From Macrostomum lignano (lineage: Eukaryota): a DNA stretch of 56,170 bases. Positions within the stretch are counted from its first letter, which is position 1. Each line of letters begins with the position of its first letter. The notes beneath the pieces are model-generated. The model ran no database searches and had not been told where the DNA came from. It worked only from the letters and a program-made list of their open reading frames with translations. Of this stretch, positions 50,030 to 56,170 are shown piece after piece. The translations under genes were made by a program, and so were the position numbers. The DNA is taken from the NCBI GenBank assembly GCA_002269645.1, contig NIVC01002861.1, positions 22,765 to 78,934 on the forward strand, written 5' to 3'.

Positions 50030-51200
50030 TGAACTCAATTTGCAATCTCTTTAATCAATTTGCGATCCCAAAACCCAATTTGCTATCTAGGAAACCAAGT
50101 ATGCAACCCAGGAAACCCAATTTACAATCCAGGAAACCCAATTTGCAATCCAGGAAACCCAATTTGCGATCCCAAAACCCAATTTGCAATCCAGGAAACC
50201 CAATTTGCAATCCAGGAAACCCAATTTGCAATCCAGGAAACTCAATTTGCAATCTCTTAAGTCAATTTGCGATCCCAAAACCCAATTTGCAATCCAGGAA
50301 ACCCAATTTGCAACCCAGGAAACCCAATTTGAAATCCAGGAAACCCAATTTGAAATCCAGGAAACCCAATTCGCAATCCAAGAAACTAAATATGCAATCC
50401 AGGAAACCCAATTTGCAATCCAGGAAACCCAATTTGCAATCCAGGAAACCCAATTTGCAACCCAGGAAACCCAATTTGCAATCCAGGAAACCCAATTTGC
50501 AATCCAGGAAACCCAATTTGCAACCCAGGAAACCCAATTCGCAATCCAGGAAACCCAATTTGCAACCCAGGAAACCCAATTCGCAATCCAAGAAACTAAA
50601 TATGCAATCCAGGAAACCCAATTTGCAATCCAGGAAACCCAATTTGCAATCCAGGAAACCAAATTTGCAATCCAGGAAATCAAATTTGCAATCCAGGAAA
50701 CCAAATTTGCTATCCAGGAAACCCAATTTGCAATCCAGGAAACCCAATTTGCAATCCAGGAAACCAAGTATGCAACCCAGGAAACCCAATTTACAATCCA
50801 GGAAACCCAATTTGCAATCCAGGAAACCCAATTTGCAATCCAGGAAACCCAATTTGCGATCCCAAAACCCAATTTGCTATCCAGGAAACCCAATTTGCAA
50901 TCCAGGAAACCCAATTTGCAATCCAGGAAACCAAGTATGCAACCCAGGAAACCCAATTTGAAATCCAGGAAACCCAATTTGAAATCCAGGAAACCCAATT
51001 TGAAATCCAGGAAACCCAATTCGCAATCCAGGAAACCCAATTTGAAATCCAGTAAACCTAATTTGCAATCCAGGAAACCCAATTCGCAATCCAGGAAACC
51101 CAATTTGAAATCCAGGAAACCCAATTTGCAATCCAGGAAACCCAATTTGCAATCCAGGAAACCCAATTTGAAATCTCCCGGAAAACAAATATGCAACCCA
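50030..51200. repeat. 21-bp minisatellite GAAACCCAATTTGCAATCCAG, roughly 55 copies
   Basis: Directly visible. The unit length is divisible by 3, which gives long repetitive ORFs in several frames. Confidence 0.97.
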
Positions 51201-51930
51201 GAGATCTAATTTGCTTTGCAGAAACCAACTTGGACCTCAGGAACCCACATCCCAGAACGCTTCTGTTTCTGGCAGAAACTACCTGTGACTTTGGTTGCCC
51301 AAAAAACTGACGTTCGAATCAAACAAGATTCAGCCTAGTTTGAGAGCCCCTTTTAGAAGTTAAGCATTTGCTAGTGTACATCTTCACAGTCGCCACCATG
51401 AGACCACTGTTTCAAAGTTGATTCAAAAAACGGAACCTTCGTGTTCAAGCATTCAGAAAATAAACGGCAGCAAAGTTTTCCTAGAAAGCTTTCCTCTATC
51501 GGTTCTGTCATGCAACGACAACTAATTAAGCATTCAGGATAAGGGAAAGTGTCCCGCTGTTTGCTGCGAAACAACAGTCAAACATTTGGCCAGGGAGCTT
51601 GGCCGCTATAGTTAGTGCAATAATGCTTAAAGCTAGCGGCAAAGTGTTGGGAGGAAATAATGGCCGTGCAAAAACTTAAGAGAGGCGTTAGAAAATATCC
51701 GTCTTAAACACCCGGTTGCTTGATGACGGAAGCCATAAGGACTTCCTCTATTCTCTCTGTGAAAGTCCCCTGAATCTTTCTCGCTTAATGAAAGTCAACT
51801 ACGAGTAGCTCACCAGAAGCCCCCCCCGCAGAAGAGAAGGAGTTGACTGTTTTCATGTTTTCATCTGAGAGCCACTCTCATTGGAGCCCCGGGCCCAGTG
51901 TTTGTGCGAGGAGGCTGGGGTGTTGCAGAC

Positions 51931-51937
51931 TATAAAA
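51931..51937 (+). promoter_or_regulatory. TATA box of the prohormone gene
   Basis: TATAAAA follows a GC-rich stretch about 200 bp upstream of ATG 52138. A 77-nt 5'UTR intron (GTAAGT at 52026, TTTCTTCAG ending 52102) lies between them. Confidence 0.6.
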
Positions 51938-52137
51938 GTTACAGACGGGAGAGTGGAATTAATTTTTTCACGCTCCTTTTTTGCTTACTATAGTTTTATA
52001 AAAGAGACATTACCAGCTGCACCCAGTAAGTGGCTTTGAACTGACTGTTCAAAATTTCTAATACAATTATTGGCAACCAATACTGATCTTTCTTTTCTTC
52101 AGGCGCTAATAAAAGTTATTCCACATCAAACGCCGTC

Positions 52138-52515
52138 ATGAGCAGTCGTGGAATCTCCGCCATCCCGATGGCCACCATTGTCGCTGCCGTAGTCTGCCTG
52201 CTCATCGCCACCTGCGCCGCCGTGCCAGCCGTCGAGCAGCAGAGTCGCCATCAGGTCGAGCGTCGCTCCGCCGGCGGCGGCGCCGGAGGTCCCGGTGAGG
52301 ACGACTTCTACAAGCTGTTCATGGTGAAGCGGATGCTGGAGAACCAGCACCACCACCAGCACCAACAGCGACTGCAGCGTCGTGGCGGCGACTTTGACCG
52401 CCTGATGAACCAGCTGGAGAGACTGAACCGCGACAACGCCGGAGCCAACGCCGACTCCATGATCTTCCGGCTGAGGAAGCGGCTGCAGGAGTCCGGCCGG
52501 GCCCAGCAGCACTAA
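52138..52515 (+). CDS. Secreted neuropeptide/prohormone precursor, 125 aa
   Basis: Hydrophobic signal MATIVAAVVCLLIATCAA, basic cleavage sites ERR, VKR, QRR and RKR, GC-rich codon use, and an upstream TATA box and UTR intron. Confidence 0.85.
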   Translation: MSSRGISAIPMATIVAAVVCLLIATCAAVPAVEQQSRHQVERRSAGGGAGGPGEDDFYKLFMVKRMLENQHHHQHQQRLQRRGGDFDRLMNQLERLNRDNAGANADSMIFRLRKRLQESGRAQQH

Positions 52516-52957
52516 TTCGGTTAAAGAATGGCTGTCAGGAAGCGCGCTGTGGGAGGGGAGCTGGGCACCGCAGTCCGCACTGTCTATGACGTCACCGCCC
52601 CTAACCTGTACACCCCGAGTGTTTCCAGCTACACCCCACCTATGCTGCGGCAGCCTCTATCGGAGCATTCGCAACGCGCTAAAAACATTAAAAAGCAATG
52701 ATCGAGCGATTGAAGGATTAGTGAAACGAGAAAAATATACACATATTTATAAAAACCCAATGACTTATAGCCGGACACAGAGCGCTTGATTGCCTGTGAC
52801 TGGGATAATGCAATTGAAACTACTGTATATTGTCGTGTGCTGTTATTTTGCATCGGATAAAAACTATTTTCCTTCTCACAGTTAGCAGTCAGCAGTCAAG
52901 ATTCCAAATCAACCAAACCCTCTGCATAACTGATTAGCTGTCATCAATAATGAACAT

Positions 52958-53616
52958 GACGTACTAGACGTTTCTCTAGACGTGCGTCAGTCTCTAGACG
53001 TGCGTTAGTGTCTCTAGACGTGCGTTAGTGTCTCTAGACGTGCGTTAGTGTCTCTAGACGTGCGTCAGTGTCTCTAGACGTGCGTTAGTGTCTCTAGACG
53101 TGCGTCAGTGTCTCTAGACGTGCGTTAGTGTCTCTAGACGTGCGTTAGTGTCTCTAGACGTGCGTTAGTGTCTCTAGACGTGGTTAGTGTCTCTAGACGT
53201 GCGTTAGTGTCTCTAGACGTGCGTCAGTGTCTCTAGACGTGCGTTAGTGTCTCTAGACGTGCGTTAGTGTCTCTAGACGTGCGTTAGTGTCTCTAGACGT
53301 GCGTCAGTGTCTCTAGACGTGCGTTAGTGTCTCTAGACGTGCGTTAGTGTCTCTAGACGTGCGTTAGTGTCTCTAGACGTGGTTAGTGTCTCTAGACGTG
53401 CGTCAGTGTCTCTAGACGTGCGTTGTCTCTAGACGTGCGTCAGTGTCTCTAGACGTGCGTCAGTGTCTCTAGACGTGCGTTAGTGTCTCTAGACGTGCGT
53501 TAGTGTCTCTAGACGTGCGTTAGTGTCTCTAGACGTGCGTCAGTGTCTCTAGACGTGCGTCAGTGTCTCTAGACGTGCGTCAGTGTCTCTAGACGTGCGT
53601 CAGTGTCTCTAGACGT
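52958..53616. repeat. 20-bp minisatellite CGT(C/T)AGTGTCTCTAGACGTG, about 32 copies
   Basis: Directly visible and very homogeneous; each unit contains TCTAGA. Confidence 0.98.
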
Positions 53617-54390
53617 TCCATTACAGCTTGCTCCATTTCAACTTGCACACGCCAACCTAATGAATAGAAATTTTGAGTAGAGCTTTATTTAGATCGCTCA
53701 ATACTACTCCACAACTGCACAATGGAATTAATTTCCAAAACTAATTGCTATTGTGTCTGTGTGAAAGTCTATATTGAATACAATGGTGGATTTGATAGTA
53801 TGTCACATTGTGGAATAATGACGAAACCACTGAGACACAAGGGCACTATACATGTACTATTGTCAACTGCCGATGGCAACTGCTGACTGCAGTCAATGCA
53901 GACGAGCCTTTAGGTAATCTCTTATGTTGCAAATGGAATTTTAAAAGTTTACAGGTCACAGAAATAAAGAAAAAACTGAAAACTTCGGATTAGTAAAGGC
54001 AATTGGCTAGATATACCGGTATATGCTTGCAGGATATGTTCTCAAACCTTAAACAAGCATCAATATGTTTATATGGCACTCTGTACGATGTAGACAATAA
54101 AATAAAGAGATAGTTCAAAGAAATTCGATAAACTGAATAAAACATTTACTCGTATGGCACTAGCAAGCGAGGATCCTTATTACAACCATTAAATAGTTAA
54201 GCAGAAGACAGTTAAAGTTGGAAATCGACGTTCTGTACGTCATCTTACAGCTTAGTCAAAGCCATTTGCCGCGAAAATTATCCCAATAATTTCCCATCAT
54301 TCAGTATAAAGATGAACACTGCCATTGAAAAACATTATTGGTCAACTTCTGTTTGAGAATATCGACCGATCAAATGGGGTGGGTTTTACA

Positions 54391-54549
54391 AACGCGAAAC
54401 TTCACAACCGCGAAACTTCACAGCCGCTAAATGTCATATGCTGTCACAACCGCGAAACTTCATAAACGCGAAACTTCACAACCGCTAAAATCTTTGCACG
54501 CACTTTTATATACGACAGTCTTTTTTTGCGGTTGTGAAATTTCGCGTTT
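54391..54549. repeat. Cluster of CGCGAAACTTCACAAC motifs with one inverted copy (possible MITE relic)
   Basis: About 5 direct copies at 54391..54485 and GCGGTTGTGAAATTTCGCG at 54528..54546. Confidence 0.6.
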
Positions 54550-55210
54550 GAGAAAGCAACCCATAAAATTTACAAAAATCAACAACAAGCTTGGCTTTGA
54601 GGCGAGGCAGGCGGTACTATCTGAAAGGGTCACAATTGGCAATTTTCTACTCATAATTACTACTTAACAAGTAATTAATCATTAGGAACGGCTCTAGAAA
54701 TTCTAGAAAAAGAATAAATTACATAGAAAGATAGAAATGAAACGTCATTTTAGGCAAAAATGACAAGCATTTCTATACGAATATATAGCTTTTTCTTCAA
54801 AAGCACGTGCGAACCCTTCGACTCCAATTTATGAATTTTAAAAAATCATATTAAAAGTGCACTACTATTAGTAGAGGTTAGGGCGATTTCAATCCAAAAA
54901 TACGACCGTAGAAGCCATTGGTTAGTGAACCAGCTGGAACGAAAGAAATATGCTGGAGCCACTCACGTCGGATTGCGATTGCTGTACAGGGGACTGTGAC
55001 ATGAGACAATGTAATTCGGGCAAATCTGATTAAAAATATAGCTTAGACTGATTATAGTTCAACTAGTATGCATTCTCTATGTTGTAAGTCAGCACAGGAC
55101 CAAAAAAACACAGATAGAATTCCTTTGCTGTGTGAAATTCGACGTAGAAATCCGGTAAATTATAAACAAACACAGAGGTGCTTTTCTATGGCAGCGGTTT
55201 GAAAAAATAA

Positions 55211-56100
55211 TTATTGGCGAAATTGAGCCGTCAGTAGAGTGGCAGCTGGCTGCGCAGGAACCGCTTCATCCATGCCTGCTGAACGCGTGACCGCTGCTGC
55301 GACTTCGGTGGGACGAGCTGACGGCCAGCAATGACGATTCGCGGTGGCTCCCGTGAAGATGCCGCACCTCGACGTCGAGTCGCCGCGATTGAAGACATCG
55401 GTCTTGGGAACACCGAGTTGTGCACGGCTGATGCCGTTTCGCCGTCTGATTCGGCGTTTCGCAACGAGCCGACAGCAGGTCGAACAGCTGACTGTGCGGC
55501 TCCGACTCCGCGAGTCCGACGCCTCAGCTAAGCTGGCCCGCCGACGCAGCCACCGAGGCAGCCTGGCGCTGCTTCCGCCGCAGCCAGCTCTGGTAGGCTT
55601 TCTGGGCGGCGCGCTGTCGTTCGTCAAGCGCCGTTTAGCATTCAGCCGCTCCCGCTGCTCCCGGCGTCGCTGTTCGCCGTCCTGTTGGCGCTTCTGGCGC
55701 TCAACGCGCTTCTATCTAGCAGCCAGCGCGCACCTCAGCGGCCGCTTCGGACTCGCCTGGCGCAAGCAGTGCTCTTCAACCTCGCTGAAGCCTCGTCGAT
55801 GACGTCTCACGATTTCGCCGGCCGCGCATTGTCGACGTCCTCCCGTCGCAGCTCGCGCAGTCTGGCCACGTAGCCCTGCAGACTGGCGCAGCTCCGCTGC
55901 ACTTCTCTCGTAGGCCTGGCGGGCCTCTCTAAGCTGTCGTCCGACTGTCTGGACCGCCTGATTCTGCTCTGCCGCTGCGATGCCGCTGAATTACCGACGC
56001 CGCCTTCTTTGGACTAGAATCGGCTCCGTCTGATCTACCTGGGAATTCGCTTGGTATCCAACGGCCATCTCGACAGACTCATCGGTGGGCTCGGATCGCC
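55211..56100 (-). pseudogene. GC-rich, coding-like sequence for a charged coiled-coil protein, with stops and frame changes
   Basis: Segments such as LQGYVARLRELRREDVDNARP, EVEEHCLRQ and KRVERQKRQQDGEQRRREQRERLNAKRRL lie in different frames and are separated by stops. The family was not recognised. Confidence 0.4.
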
Positions 56101-56170
56101 TTGCTGAGACTCAACAGCTCCATCCTCATTTGTTGCAACATTATTATCTTTACTACACTTAGAATCTTCT

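Noticed and set aside
50029-51209. 310-369-aa repetitive proteins
   Set aside because: The 21-bp unit keeps frames open on both strands, with no codon-position bias favouring one frame and no signal peptide or splice support.

Overview
This is repeat-rich eukaryotic (animal) genomic DNA. It has GT-AG introns, GC-rich exons in an AT-rich background and many minisatellites. The style resembles a free-living flatworm such as Macrostomum, but that is an impression and was not tested. Host genes: the 5' part of a divergent formin (minus strand, Drf_GBD-like N-terminus, continuing past position 1), an intronless 309-aa secreted protein, a multi-exon TTLL10-like tubulin glycylase-family gene, a PUF60/half-pint-like gene that appears to stop after RRM2, and a 125-aa neuropeptide-type prohormone with a TATA box and a 5'UTR intron. 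Mobile DNA: a full-length but broken Ty3/Gypsy (Mag-like) element with 225-bp LTRs and a TCTTT target-site duplication (TSD), a 1.67-kb non-autonomous LTR element with 351-bp LTRs and a CTAT TSD, a Tc1/mariner-like deletion derivative, an RTE-like LINE interrupted by a 114-bp CAAGG-ended MITE, a Merlin/IS1595-like transposase relic, and several other inverted-repeat elements. There are about ten tandem arrays, one of which sits inside a terminal-inverted-repeat (TIR) element. I saw no rRNA, tRNA or CRISPR array. I found no clear-cut new multi-gene system. The best leads are the unassigned prohormone, the PUF60 paralog apparently lacking its UHM, the satellite amplifying inside a TIR element, and the patchy CpG depletion. 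All family assignments come from motif recognition by eye; no database searches were run.
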